From positions 69,132,001-69,196,000 of the forward strand of contig CM052816.1 of NCBI GenBank assembly GCA_028534125.1: DNA of 64,000 nucleotides, in the 5' to 3' direction. Position 1 is the first letter of the stretch. Each line of letters starts with the position of its first letter. Both the position numbers and the translations under genes were made by a program. Below the pieces are notes generated by a model, which was not told the origin of the DNA, did no database searches, and was given only the letters and a program-made list of their open reading frames with translations. Below, one piece after another: positions 50,474-62,949 of this stretch. Origin of the DNA: Lama glama (lineage: Eukaryota).

Positions 50474-52829
50474 CCTTTAAATAATAGATTTTTTTAAATC
50501 CCTAAACTAGGAATGATTTTATTCCCCTACTATCCAAAGTAACGATTAGAGAATTATAAAAGCATCTATAAAAATTTAATCCACCTTATTGGGCCTAAAC
50601 ACTGTAAACAGCATATAAATTCTTTCCTCCCATATCACCATGTATATTGATGTCCTTCTCAGAGATTCCATTCTGAGAAAGAATAGCTCCATTTCTCTAC
50701 ACCTGTTTCCTAATGTAGAATTTAATCACAGAGGTTCTCTTATGACCAGGAGTTAGGAAAGCCACGCTCTTAATCTTTGATCTCATAATCTTCTTTGAAA
50801 ACAAGAATAATACCAATGTGACTTCTGAATTCCAACTTGTGACAGAGTGTTTTCTTGATTACGCAGATTCTCTAAGCTGTTGCCTGCCAGCTCCTGCTGA
50901 AATTTGTGATGGTGATGAAAGACATGCCCTAGAAGCGCCACTCTGGCACCAGTGGCAGTGGAGGGTATCTGTTGTCCTCATCTGAATTTTAACTCCTGAA
51001 GGCTCCTCAAGGAGAAAAGGACTGAGTTGCTGAGAGGAAAGATTCTTCATCTTTGCCAGTAAGAGGCAGATCCTGTGGCTTTTTTATCAGTTTGCAGAAG
51101 GAAAGTATTTTCTTCATCTTTGTGGTGATATTCTCATAAGTCATATAGATGTGTCAGGTACAGGGGATTGTGAACATTTTGCTTTTTGGTTCTCAGCCAG
51201 TACTGAGGACAAAGACTAGAGACAGGAAATAGGCTAATCCTAGAAAGAACTGTGAAACAGCTCTCCCTCCCTCTGCAGGCGCCCTTCTTGTGCCCTAAGC
51301 AAGCCCTCCTGCTCAACCCCCCAGTACCCCTAGACCCATATAGTGGCTGACAACTAACAGCCCATAGTCCTGACTGCCTTCCCTCTTCAATACCAATTAG
51401 TTTCGGGTCCCATCCCAGTGGAAAGCTGATCTCTAGTTTCATAATTAACCAATTGTCCTCCTAATAAAACACAAAAACCAAGGATTACAAAATGGAAGTC
51501 AGGGAGATGTCTGAGACCAACTGACATGTTTGGTTTGACAACTGTATTTTGACTAAATCTATTTATATTTTCTTTTAAAACACCTTTGCACCTTTTGTCC
51601 TATGTTCAGCCTGTTTTAAGCATTAACTGCCAGGCTTCTGTAGAAAATGGGAATTGTGATTGCTGAAGCTAATCTCTGCTAATGTGTGAAATAATACATA
51701 AGCTTCACTGAAATGTCTAAACGTTTTGCTAAGGCTTCTAATAAGCCATGCTAATTGGAACATGTCCATGGAGTAATGCTAAGAAATTTCAGTGAGAGAG
51801 AGACTCTCAGACCTGATGCAGGAGCATAGAAGAAATAGCTCTGGTCAGATACTGTTCAAGTTTATTGATGAACTTTCACATATGGTCAGCTGAATTTGAT
51901 CAATTCTAGATCAATGTTTCACATAATGAAGACATGAACAAATAGTTATGTTTTAAATTAATAAAGAAATGAATTATTGCTTAGATTACACACACCAGGG
52001 GTACTAATGGATGTTCTGTCTGGAGAAAGAAGAACAAGAGGGAAAATGAAAGGTGAGAGTAAGACATAGTCGTCCTAGCTCAGCAAAAATGTGAGCAGGA
52101 AAGACCAGGCTCAGAGTCTGAAGAGTCTGTCATTCTACAAAGGTTTTTCAGAGTGTTTAAAGACAGAAATACATCTCTTTCTCTTCCTTCCTCTTTCTCC
52201 TCTTTTTTTTTTTTTCAAATTCGTCTATGGTTTTGGACAGTTTACATTGTAAAAACTGTTACAAACTTTCATGTAGAAAAAGAAACAGAACCCAGACAGA
52301 CTGGTTAATAAAAAAGTGAGTTTTCTCTTATATTTTCTTGCTCCTGTATTGTTGGCTTGGAAGAGCTATGGAGCCCAGAGGGAAGAAAGCTCTCACATTC
52401 CCACTGCCTTGTTCTCTCAAAAAAATCTCAGAAAGATAAGACTTGTCTGCTCTGCACATAAATGAGGCAGGTGACCCATTTGAAGTTTGTGGCAGAAGTC
52501 TCCCAGCTATGCCCCTTGCATTTAGTTATCAAAAACAAAACAAAACAAAACAAAAAAACTTTTAATTCAACTTTTTCTTTCATTAGGCTAAAACTCTGAT
52601 CATCACAAAGCAGATGGCTTAAAGTAACAGAGTAGGAGAAGGATTATTTTACAGTCTGATTTAAATTACTAATAAGCCAATTCCTACATCATGGAAGTCT
52701 GCACAGCATCACTATCCATTTCTGGGGGCTCTGGTCAGTTAACATGCCATGACGGTCTTAAAGAGAAAAAAGACATGCCAGATGTTGGAAATCAGAAGGA
52801 ATGACATTCAGACACGAGGACTGATGGTG

Positions 52830-53020
52830 TAACAGTGAGTGAAGTGAAAATAGCCCCAAGAAGCAGAGGTCTTCGGCTCAAGTCCTGGCTCCATTTACTA
52901 CTTGCTTCCTCCCTGTGGACCTTGACTAAGCCACTTAACTTCTCCAAGCCTCAGCTTCCTCACCTGGAAAAGTTAAATAATAATTGTGACTACCTCACTG
53001 GGTTATTATGAAGATTCCAC
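52830..53020 (+). mobile_element. MIR SINE
   Basis: ggctcaagtcctggctcca...ccacttaacttctccaagcctcagcttcctcacctgg...ctacctcactgggttattatgaagatt. Confidence 0.75.
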
Positions 53021-54944
53021 ATTACATACTTCAAATTAAAAAAAAGCTCCTTTTTTGTTGTGATGTCAGAATGAATTACAGACACTAATATCTTTATTAG
53101 GCTTTAGTCTCCCAATCTTTCTTTAAGATATCTGCTGTAGACCATCTGACCTGAATAACTATGTTTAATGTAATCCCCTTTTTGAAAGGAGAAAGTTAAA
53201 CAAATCACATGATTATTTAAGTTGTCTTTAGTTTAATAAGCTCCTAGATGATTGGGGAGAACTAACTAGCTGCTTCTTGTCTGTGCTCAGAATTCATTTC
53301 CATGGCATCCACTGTTCAAACTTGGGAAGAAGTCAGAGCCAATGCGGTTTCTTTGTAAAAAGAATTGCATTCTCTATAGTTTAAGAGAGACAACTGTTAT
53401 TAAGCAAGACACCTATGTCAGTATCACCGCTGATAAAGATGTTGGTGGTAGACGAAATCATGATCCTCCCACCTTCTAGCATCTGATTTTTACAAGTCAG
53501 CATTTCAGATTTTTCTAAGCCCCAAATGGAGTTGGAATAAGATATAATTTAAATGGACGTTTTCCATTTTTTGGTATTTCCTAGTGTGTGATTCTCTGAT
53601 CAGACCAAGTTATCTGTGTCCTAGAGACTGATTTGATTATTTGAGGGGACTTGTTATAAAAAGAATGTGGGGAGCATGAACATGACTTGGAATTACATCT
53701 TTCAAAAGATTTACTCCCCTGAGTTTCATCAACATTTGCAAATTTGTTAGCATCGGAATAATTTTCTAAAAAGACTAGAAATTCAGATTTATGACAGAGA
53801 AAAGATTTCTCAAATCTTTTATCTCCCATTTCATATAGCAAAAACCACATCTGGAGCATGTGTCTCTCCACGAAGGAATAAGCTCTAGGATCAGACAAGC
53901 TTTCTGCTGTGATGGCCAGCCCTTGAAGCTTGTTTGCTAGGTAGATGGAGGATTTGACATCCAGAAAGGAGAAAAAGTCCAGCCTTTTTGGCCCTAGGTT
54001 ACTGTAGAAGAAGACAAAGGCAGGAGAGGAAAACTGTCAGACATGCTGGTTCTGAATTCCTTTTTCTGGGCTTTGGTATCATTTCCTGTTATGAACCTAC
54101 AAGAGGCCCCTGTGCATGGACTCTATGCAACAAGGGACAGCACAGCTGAGTAAAAAGGTCAGCATTTGGATGGAGAATCTATACTGTACTCCTAAGTCTC
54201 CCTGATTCCTGTATGGCATGAACACCAAAGAGAGAGCCAGGGGGTCACCCTTGGGGCCACTATGGCCAAGGAGAGGAAATCTCAGAGTATAAGCTGGAGA
54301 AGGACAACCTGGACCAGAGTTCTAGGACAGGACAGACTCAGATAATTATAACTATATATATGCAGAAAGTGAGGGGAGTCAAGTCACCAAGAAGTGCACA
54401 AAGGACTCTGACTAAACTGAGAAAGAATTCAGCAGCAGCACACCACATATTGGATCCTCCACCAGCCAAGGCCACCTAGGATTGGGAAGACATCAGACAG
54501 GTCTGAGACCCTTTTACTCAAGTGTTTTCCCTCTTACACAATAGATGCCATCTTGGAGAAAGTAAAGTGAGAATAAATAAGAGCAATTATCTCCAAAGTA
54601 TAAAATAACTGAATGAAGCTATTTAAGTATGACAGTAGATCAAAGTTTTACTGGATGGGACATTTAGTTACCTTTTTTCTAATACCCTAACCACCAAGCA
54701 GGAAAACCATCAAGAGGAAAACCGCATCTAGAAGTACATCTCTCTGTACATCTGAGTTACCATGTGAGCAAATTTGCAAGCCCGTTGCATAATGTTTCCT
54801 AAGCAATACCACTTACTTGAAATACATCTATTGAAAGCTTCCTAAATGTCAAGAACCGTGCTAGGGACAATAGAGTCAGTGAAGAATCAAGTGTAGTGTA
54901 GTCCTTGCCCTCAAGAAACTCATTGTTTGGTGGATGAGTCACCT

Positions 54945-55350
54945 CAGGTTATTAAAATGGTCTGTTTACTTGCTATACTTCAGAACTTTAGTAGCTTGAA
55001 GAAAAGAAGCTTATTTCTTTCTCCTGTCTTTCTAACAGTCATGATGTGTTCTGGCTGGGAGAGCCATTATCTTCCATAATCATTCAGGGCCCAGGCTGAT
55101 GGCTTCTTTTCTATCCTCAGCATGTGGATTCCAAAGTCACCTTGAGTGTCAACTGCCCCATTAGCCAATAGTGGGAGGGTTTTGTGGATCAGGCCTGGAA
55201 GTGGAGCAAATTACTGTGACTCACATTCGTTGGAGAGAACTTAGTCCTTGGGCCACACACGACAAGGAAGGCTGGGAATTTAGTCTGGTCATATGACTAG
55301 GTATAGGAGGAGACTGGATTTTGGAGGACAACTAGATACCTTCTCCACAG
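54945..55350 (-). mobile_element. Old MLT1 (J/K/L-like) MaLR LTR
   Basis: tcattcagggcccaggctgatgg, caggcctggaagtgg, tcacattcgttggagagaacttagtc, caaggaaggctgggaa. Confidence 0.65.
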
Positions 55351-56129
55351 CGTAAGCATCACTGACAATGTAGCAGATGTAGCAGAATACCTTGTCAAAG
55401 ACTAAACTTAAGTTTTTGTTTTGAACTGTAGAAAGAGAGGTTCAGAGGATCTTCAAACAGCATTGAGAGAGTGACTGAAGCTATTTTTTCCATCTCTAGC
55501 CACAAAGACAGGGTCCTAAACAGAACTGCTATATTTTCAGGTGAGAACCTCCTTGAAGGTAATCACATTCTATTGTCCAAAAAAAAATTACCTTTTAGAG
55601 TTCAGAAAGAGAAACCTCCAGGTTTGTACTGGGATCTGTTGTACCCCCCAGCAACAACCTGCTTTTTTGTATTTTTCCCTAGTAGAGAAGCAATCAAGCT
55701 CTTATCCTACAAAAGATTTGTGTCTTAGGCCAAAACAGAGGAGGGATCAGGACTCTGAGGAAGGAGAAGGGACAAGGAGTTTGCTGAGTGTTCACCATGA
55801 GACCTGGTCTTGGGATCCTTCAGTGGCTGTAGTGGGGCCAGGACCTGTGGACTGAGGAAAAGGCTCACATGGTGTCTGTGGACTGACTAGACCAGAGCAT
55901 CCATCACAGCCCTGTGTTCTGGGAGGTCTCGCCCATCAGGCTGCTGATCCATAGTTGAATGGAGCCTTCCTCATTTCTGAAGTTCAGGGATCCTGTCCTC
56001 TAGCATCTTTGGAGAGAGCATCCATGGACTTTTCAGTCATTGTGAAACAGAGCTCCTCAGAAACCCCTGTATATTTACACTCCTAGGCTGTGGTAGGGAG
56101 TGGAGAAAGATGTTCATTCTGACAATTTT

Positions 56130-56915
56130 ACATCCTAAATATTTCTTGACTGCCTCACTTCTTTCCTACTTTGCTCCCACTACCTAAGCTTAAATCGCCA
56201 TCATTCCTCTCACCTATACTAGCCCCCTGGACTCCTTGGAGTAACTCTTCCCCGCTCTTCCCTACAACACAATCCATTCTCTACTGTATCTAGAGAGTGA
56301 GATTTTTAATGGAACTCCTTTCTATTTAAATGCTTTGCTGTCTTCCCATTGCTCTCTGAATTGAGCTAAAAACTCTTATTGTTCCTCATGAAATTGGCCC
56401 AACCATTTTGTTTCTGCAGCCACATCACAGACCACAACCCTCCTTCATCCCAGCCTCCTCCCTTCTCCAACATAATCACACTGACCTTCCTCCAGTTCCT
56501 GGAACAACTAACCCTGCTGCTTTCCACCTTGAGGAGTGTTGTGCCTGGGGGTGCTTTTGCATCATCTGCACTGGCAGTTAGCTCCTACTCATCCTCCAAT
56601 TCCCAGATGCAACAGGTGACTCCAACTCCTCCCAAGGCTGGATCAGGGGCCTGCCCCTTACTACATGGTATGATAAACCTTTTCTTCATAGCACCAAGCC
56701 TAGTATTAATTTTATACCTAGTCACATAATTATTTGAATGACATCCATATTCTGCTTTAGACTATAAGACTTATGAGGCTAGGAACCATGTAATTTTCCT
56801 TTTTCTCTCTTTTTTTTTTTTTTTGTTCTCACTATTTGCATTCTGGACTATGCTATTTGTTCACATTTTATCTCCAATACCTGACACATGCTCAATAAAT
56901 TCTTGTTCAACGAAG
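56130..56915 (+). mobile_element. L2a-type LINE 3' end
   Basis: Pyrimidine-rich L2 body, tagactataagacttatgaggctaggaaccatg, terminal cctgacacatgctcaataaattcttgttcaacgaa. Confidence 0.75.
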
Positions 56916-57183
56916 TCAAGGGCAAACTGTAATAACAGCAATGACAACCACCACAGCACATGCTTTTAAGTTTTCAAAGCCTTTTTACACACAGTATCTC
57001 ACTTGACAAGAAAGCAGGACAGGGAGAGAGGGACACTTGTTCCATTCTCAGGACGTTGCTCCAATGGCTTGAAATAGAATCTGCTATCAGAAGGGCAATA
57101 CTTAAACAAGCATTTGGGGCCAGGTTACAATGTGGAATTTTACCTCTGAGGTACTTCCTGTGAAGCTTTCCCTTGGGAACAGG

Positions 57184-57235
<52 letters not shown>
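57184..57235. repeat. (GATA)13 tetranucleotide microsatellite
   Basis: Read directly. Confidence 0.97.
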
Positions 57236-57238
<3 letters not shown>

Positions 57239-60200
57239 CATATACATTTTTATTAACTCTGCAAAAAATAGGAGTTAAGAAGGAAAATGGCTGGAAAAGT
57301 GCCAAAGGGGACATATGTGGGAAGTTTGTAAAAAGGCAATAGTCAGGAAAGAATAAAATAAAGCTGAAGTAAGCTAATGTGTGGATAGGGAGGAAATAGT
57401 ATTCATCAGTAAAACAGATAACATAATGGCTAGAGAGAAAACAGGAAAGATACTATTGAGGAAAAATTGCCAAGAGAAAGTGCAAACTGCAGAGAACTGG
57501 AGAGTCATTTTAAAGAAGGGGGTTAAGAGACCAAGGACGCTGACAATACCTTTCACATCGCCATTCTTCTGAGCAGAGGTTGATTTGTGGATGTATTTAA
57601 GTGCCTAGCTAAAACACAATAACACAGCACTCAGATACGTTCTCTTGCCCTATTTCATGTTGACATCTCTCACTATCATTAAGGAAGCACGAACACGGAA
57701 AATCACTTAGGAAAAGTAAAGAGAGGTTCTAAGGCAGAAAGGAATTAAGCCATAGGACCCCTCAACCTTCCTTTCTCAGGTCTGAGTAAAAGCTGGTCGT
57801 CATTGGCAATGTTAACCCTCTCCGCTCTCCCTACTCAACTTTGTGCACTTGATTCTACAACTTCTTGTATCTCTGGAACCTGTTGAGTTAGAGATAGAGG
57901 CAGAGAGACAGAGAGACTGAATAGTTGAATTTTAGTTGGTAGATCTGAGTTCCATACTTCCCATTTAGAGAAAAATAATTCTTTCTTTGCCCCTGCCATT
58001 CATTTCATTACTGTCTCACTTTCTTAACTTTACATTCCTGCATTCACTATCTGCTCCATCTCATTTCTCATTCACTCTTAAACCCTCTCATTCCACCAAA
58101 AATATTCTTTATCACTCCAAATATTTTGCTTGGAGTCTTTTGTTGCATCTTGCACTTTCGGCATGCATTATTACTATTTGTGCAGACATTTTATCCATTG
58201 TGTATATAAAGATTATAGGTATCCCAAGCCTTATCTATGGGGATTTATTGTGTTCATTCCTGACTCTCCAAGGCACTGCTCAGTGCTAAGTATATAGTAG
58301 GGTGTCAAATATTTATTTACCTAAATTGCTAAAATCACATTACCTTTAACTATTTAGAGACATTTGCCTCCTGTTTTTCCTTTCCTTTCAAATATGTCAC
58401 ACAAAGGAAAAAAAATTCCTTTTTCTGTTATAATCTCCTAAGGATTTTATAAAAGTTCAAAACACATACAGTGTCCAATTCATGAACTCATCAACTTAGT
58501 ATGCATCCAAGTATTTGAAGAAGACTGAAAAAAGCAAATAAGCTAAAACAGAACATACTTGTTTTTCTGTTTGATTTTTATTTGATTTTCATGGACTATT
58601 TCCAGAAAATATATTTTATATATAGTAGTATACATACATATATAGTATTATACATACATTATATATTTAAAAAATTTTTTGTTGTTAGTGAGGTATACCT
58701 CCTTGAAAAACCTTAGGCCAGAGACAACTTTTGAAAGCTGTGACTCTCTAACACCAAGACCTCATCCATGCTGTCTGTAATGGAGATAGGGAAGATAGAT
58801 TCAGGGAAGATAGATAGGGAAGATTCCTTCAGCTTTGGGTCTGGCTGTCAGCCCTGTTAGCTGACTACAGAGGCACATACTGGCAAGGTGCATACACATG
58901 TGCAATCCAGAACCCAACCTGGGCTCCTATCTCTCATTACTGGAGCCCAGGAAGGCACATTTGAGATCTATTCCTGGCATAGACCAGTTAGGACCTTAGC
59001 TCTTGGTGTTCATCTCACCTGCAGAGAGAAGACAGAGAAGGCTGTGTAGGCCACCAAAGCTTAGTTCATAGGTGATTTCACTCACCTGTCAGTCAGTTAA
59101 CAAGCCAAAAAAAACTCTACCGACTACCTAATATGTGTGCTGCATGTATGGCGGCTGTAGGCAGCGGAGATACAGGCGTGAGCCGACAGCCCAGGTCTCC
59201 TCAGACACCCTTAGACTCAACACTGACCTCTGTGCAGGGGTCTTCCTCCTCCCTCCCTCCCACCTCATCCCGGGTCACAGAGAGTTCCTAGCACTTTCCC
59301 TCCCACTTCCTTTCTGCTGACCCCAGGCCAGGTGTGTTATATCAGCCTAAAGCACAGCTTCGTTTTAAAGCTGAAGCAATGATGACCCTAGGATTATCAA
59401 ACATAGAACAAAACACACCCTTGTGACCTAGGAGCTTGCCAAATCGTGGGCGTTTTTTAGATTTTGGAATGAAGAGAGAAGGAAGAGAGATAAGAGGATG
59501 ATTTGCCATTTGTTTTGGTAAAGAGAAAATTAAAATGAAGAAGTTCACCCAGGCCCACTGTTTTTTCCATTCTCTTGAGTGAAGGTGTATAAAGGTTTGA
59601 TGGGATAGAAAGAACACCCAGATTGGGTTGTGCTCACTTGTCCCTTCAACACATTTTTATGTGTCCAGGCCCTGCCAGGTCTTAGAACTATAGCTGTCAA
59701 GTCACCAAAATTTTGACCTGCCTCTTGGTAGATGAATCTCGTGATTCTGAGAAGACATTTCACCTTTCTTAGTCTCATGTCCATAGCACTAAAATGAGAC
59801 TGAGACCAGAGGGTCGCCACCATTCTCTAGCTTTCTTCTAGCTTTGTTACCTAGGACCTCTAAGAGCAGGGACAAGCTCTTATCTTGGAAATGGAGGTCC
59901 TGGAGCCTTGTACCACTCAACGAAGGGCTCACAGGCTGCCCTGGGGCCACTCTCCTCCAGACAGGATTCTTGAGGATCCAGAGGAGAGGCAGTGGTCTCC
60001 CAAAAGGAGCTCCACATTCAGCTCACTCTGGCTGCCTCTGCTGAGCCTGGCCTCCTGCCCCCCAGTGCATGGGCGCTTTGTGCTGACTCTCACAGGGCTG
60101 TCAGCACAGTGACTGCATTCTGCTGTGCTCTGCATGCTTCAGACTTGGCAGCCAATTAAAAGCCAGTTCTGAGACTAGATGAAAAGAGAAGGGCAGTGTT

Positions 60201-60457
60201 TGATGAAAACTGTGGGCAGGAGGAGCGCCTGGTGCTGGAGGAGTCCAGGCTTGCTGCAGAAGCTGCTCCTCCCTCAGGCCAATTAGGGCTTTAGCAGGCC
60301 AGCCTGGCCAACCACGCACATCCCGTGTCCTTATGGTAGACAGCTTGCCAGGCACCTGAAAGATCCTGCCATCTTGGCTATGCAGAACTTACTTGTGCCT
60401 GTAAGAAGTGTTTTCAGTTCCTCTGCATATCAGCAGAGAGAAGCTAAACTTCCAAAT

Positions 60458-60625
60458 CCAGGATCTTTAAACTTTTTGGGGTATTGGGCTGTCTGGTGAA
60501 GCGTATGGATCCCCTCTCAGAAGAATACTTTCAAATGTAAAAAATTAAAATACACACATTGGATAATAAAGGACACCAATTATACTGAAATTCAATTATC
60601 AAAATTGTGATAAAATAACATACAT
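60458..60625. mobile_element. hAT-Charlie-type MITE fragment
   Basis: gtctggtgaagcgtatggatcccctctcagaa...aaaggacaccaattatactgaaat matches a recalled Charlie-derived MER. Exact family unsure. Confidence 0.55.
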
Positions 60626-60969
60626 GCTTCCTTATTAATATATAAAAACATGTTCTACTCTACCCCCTGTCCCAGCCCTCACACTTCGCAGGGTATCTTG
60701 TTTTGAAGTGTCTTCCTCCTCAAATTTGTTAAGTCCCTTTCTGGAACCTGGGACTGGCCTGCACCAGTGGTGCTTCTGGTGAGTTGCCCCAAGCCCAGAC
60801 TGGGTCCTAGGCAGCCCCAATCTCAGTTTTCCCCTACTCCTGAAGACAGCCCCCTGCATAATCCAAGTGTGGCCTTGTCCTTCCTCATTTAGAATCATTA
60901 TTAGAGTGAAGCACTGTTAGTGATTAGAATGTGTATGTCAGGAAAATAATAATACTCATAAAGCCCGTT

Positions 60970-61251
60970 ATAAATCAAAGGAGACCTACTAACATGAACT
61001 TTGGTTGAATCTGGTTTTAAAAAATTATCTATAAGAACATTTCAGGGACAATGGGAAAATCTGAATATGAATTGGATATTAGATAATCTTAAAAGGATTA
61101 TTAATTTCCATAGGTATGGTAATGATACTATGGTTATGTTGGGTTATGTCCTCAATCTTAGGTGATGAACGCTAAAATATTTAGGGGTGAAATGTCATGA
61201 CATTTATAACTTACTTTAAAGTGGTTCAGTAAAAACAATTTTTTAAATTAA

Positions 61252-61296
<45 letters not shown>

Positions 61297-61450
61297 TACA
61301 CACAAACACCTGTATATACATATATAGTTAAACAAATACAGAAAAAATGTTACCAACTATTAAACATAGTTGGTGAATGTATGAGTGCTTATCATACTAT
61401 CCTATTGCTACATGTGATTAAAAATGTTCATAATGAAAAGTTTTAAAATG
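60970..61450 (+). mobile_element. L1ME/MC-type 3' end containing a (TA)n(CA)n microsatellite (about 61252-61305)
   Basis: gggacaatgggaaaatctgaatatgaattggatattagata, aaatatttaggggtgaaatgtcatga, aacttactttaaagtggttcag. Confidence 0.7.
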
Positions 61451-61984
61451 TATAAACATATATTTATTTTCATATGGAAAGCTGGGCTTCAGGGAGGTGG
61501 AAGGGAGCTGCTTGCTTGTGATAACACAACTAGTCAATGGCAGGTTGAGAACCCAGAGGTCCAGACTCCCAGTCCAGTTTTCTTTCCATCACATCCAAAA
61601 CATCCTTCCTTAGTTTCTTCCCAGCTCTGAAACAAAGGCTTCATCAAATTGATGAGTCAGGAAAGTGACATTATCATTCTATCCCCAGTTCAATTAGGTC
61701 AGGAATTTTTTATCAATTTCAAACAGACCTACAGCTGATCAGTTTTCCTGGAGCCCATATGCTTGTCATCATGAACTGGTCCTACGTGAGTTAAGCCACT
61801 TAACAACAACAAAAGAATGTTTCTTGTGTTCTCATTATCTAAGTCTTTAAAAATAATAGAGATAAGCCTTCAATAGGAATGCAGTTTATATACTTAAGGC
61901 CTCTGCCAAAAGGTGACTTTTGCCTCTGCCACTTTTTAACTTCTTTTTTTTTTTCCTGATTCGTTCTTAACTCCCATTCATCCA

Positions 61985-62127
61985 GGCCTTGATGTAGCAC
62001 AGGCTTGGGTTCTGAACAGCTAGGGTTCAAAACTCAGCTCTAACACGTATTAGCTGCACAAACTTAATGTGGAGTTTAATATCTCTGTGCCTCAGTTTCA
62101 TCATTTGTGGAATGGACACAATGCTAG
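61985..62127 (+). mobile_element. MIR SINE 5' part
   Basis: gggttcaaaactcagctct...tctctgtgcctcagtttcatcatttgt. Confidence 0.7.
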
Positions 62128-62360
62128 TGTGGTAGACAGAATAATGGCCCCTAAAGACATCCATGCCCTAATCCCCAGAACCTGTGAATATGCTACCTTA
62201 CCTGGAAAATAGAGTTCGTGTAATTAAGGTTATAGACCTCTTGGTGAGAGATTACCTAGATTATCTGTGTGAGCTCTATCAAATCACCAGCATCCCTAAA
62301 ATCAAAGAACATTTCATACGGATGGTCAAAGAGAAAAATGCTATGACAGAACAAGGACTT
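62128..62360 (+). mobile_element. MLT1D/E-type MaLR LTR, 5' part
   Basis: tgtggtagacagaataatggcccctaaagacatccatgccctaatccccagaacctgtgaatatg. Confidence 0.8.
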
Positions 62361-62479
62361 GCTGGATAATTGTAGAGGAAGACTTAAATATATCTGAAAA
62401 TTGACTTCCTCTGATTAGAAGAGGTATGTGTCACCGAAAGTGCTAGATATCACCAAAAAGTGCTAAAGAAGTTCATGAA

Positions 62480-62748
62480 CTTAAGAATTTTCTATTTGCC
62501 TCTTTCTTTTAGAGTAAAATAAAAAATATAAACATAATTTTAATAATATATTTTATTTAACCCAATGTAGTCAAAATATAATTTTAGCACATCAGTATAA
62601 AAATTATTAATGAGATATATTACACTTCTTTTTACTAAGTCTTTGAAATTGATGAGTATTTTACACTTACAGGTCACCTCAACTTGGACTACCCACATTT
62701 TACATGCTCAGTAATAGCCTAGTGGCTACTGTATGGAACAGTGCAGCT
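62480..62748. mobile_element. MER33-type hAT-Charlie MITE
   Basis: aattttaataatatattttatttaacccaat, aaaattattaatgagata, ttttacacttacag, tagtggctactgtatggaacagtgcag. Confidence 0.8.
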
Positions 62749-62949
62749 TACAGAGCATAAAACAAAGGGCCTCTGGACTGAGGGACACTAGGCATAGTTG
62801 AAAGCAAAGAAATTATACCAAAAAATGAGGCTTAGCTAGAAGCTTAAATCCTATATGTTGAAACTTGCTTTCCTATTGGACTGTCCCCACAGCCTTCTTT
62901 CTTCCACTGGGCTTTCAAAACTCAGACAGCTAAGCTTACACCATTAAGG

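Noticed and set aside
53581..53898. 105-aa ATG-started minus ORF in unique DNA
   Set aside because: No recognised family and no supporting splice or promoter context. The length is compatible with chance.
60393..60398. 6-nt microexon-like cag|GCACAA|gtaagt on minus
   Set aside because: Weak polypyrimidine tract and no host gene in view. Likely chance.
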